NCBI GenBank assembly: GCA_041687695.1
Contig: JAWLBL010000039.1
Coordinates: forward strand, 1 to 59,386
DNA: 59,386 nucleotides
Origin: Myxococcota bacterium
Lineage (GTDB): Bacteria > Myxococcota_A > UBA9042 > PHBI01 > JAWLBL01
Direction of reading: 5' to 3'
Positions within the stretch are counted from its first letter, which is position 1; each line of letters starts with the position of its first letter. Under the pieces are notes generated by a model. It made no database searches and was not told the DNA's origin. It saw only the letters and a list, made by a program, of their open reading frames with translations. Of this stretch, positions 59,216 through 59,386 are shown piece by piece. The translations under genes and the position numbers were made by a program.

Positions 59216-59386
59216 ACCCGGCGTCGGCCAGCGAACTACTCTGGCGTCCAACCCTCACCTGCCAATTGGTGCACCTCTCGCTCCCCCGTGTTACCGCGCA
59301 GGGTTGCTGATGGGGATGCGGACCGGGTGGTTGATGGGCATCGCTGGGGTGACGGGGTTATGGCACGGGGCGATGGACATCGGTCG

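Overview
Very GC-rich bacterial DNA. The many Cys-rich and acidic-linker lipoproteins and the sigma54 use suggest a Myxococcota-like deltaproteobacterium (inference). Most long ORFs in the supplied track are GC-driven shadow frames; I support about 45 real CDSs. The window holds a macrolide phosphotransferase (mph), a split RNA-repair locus (rtcA <- rtcR -> <- rtcB), trmJ, frmA/fghA, an RlmN-family enzyme, transporters, dps, an M16 peptidase pair, three type II TA loci (one decayed), a NemR-like TetR with a truncated globin, and many REP-like palindromic repeats. The best leads are: (1) an unannotated 8-codon leader peptide MLLFDRLR, carrying the macrolide-arrest RLR motif, plus alternative hairpins upstream of mph; (2) a translationally coupled XRE-ImmA/IrrE protein with an extra inhibitor-like C-terminal domain and a stand-alone C39/papain-like peptidase, a candidate protease-type TA or defence module; (3) two separate sigma54 promoters and a shared TAnC-N6-GATA-N6-TATC motif serving rtcA and rtcB; (4) repeated gene gain and loss with breakpoints at repeats, including a mazEF-like cassette that splits a 147-bp array in phase. 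All family assignments come from reading motifs by eye; no database searches were run.
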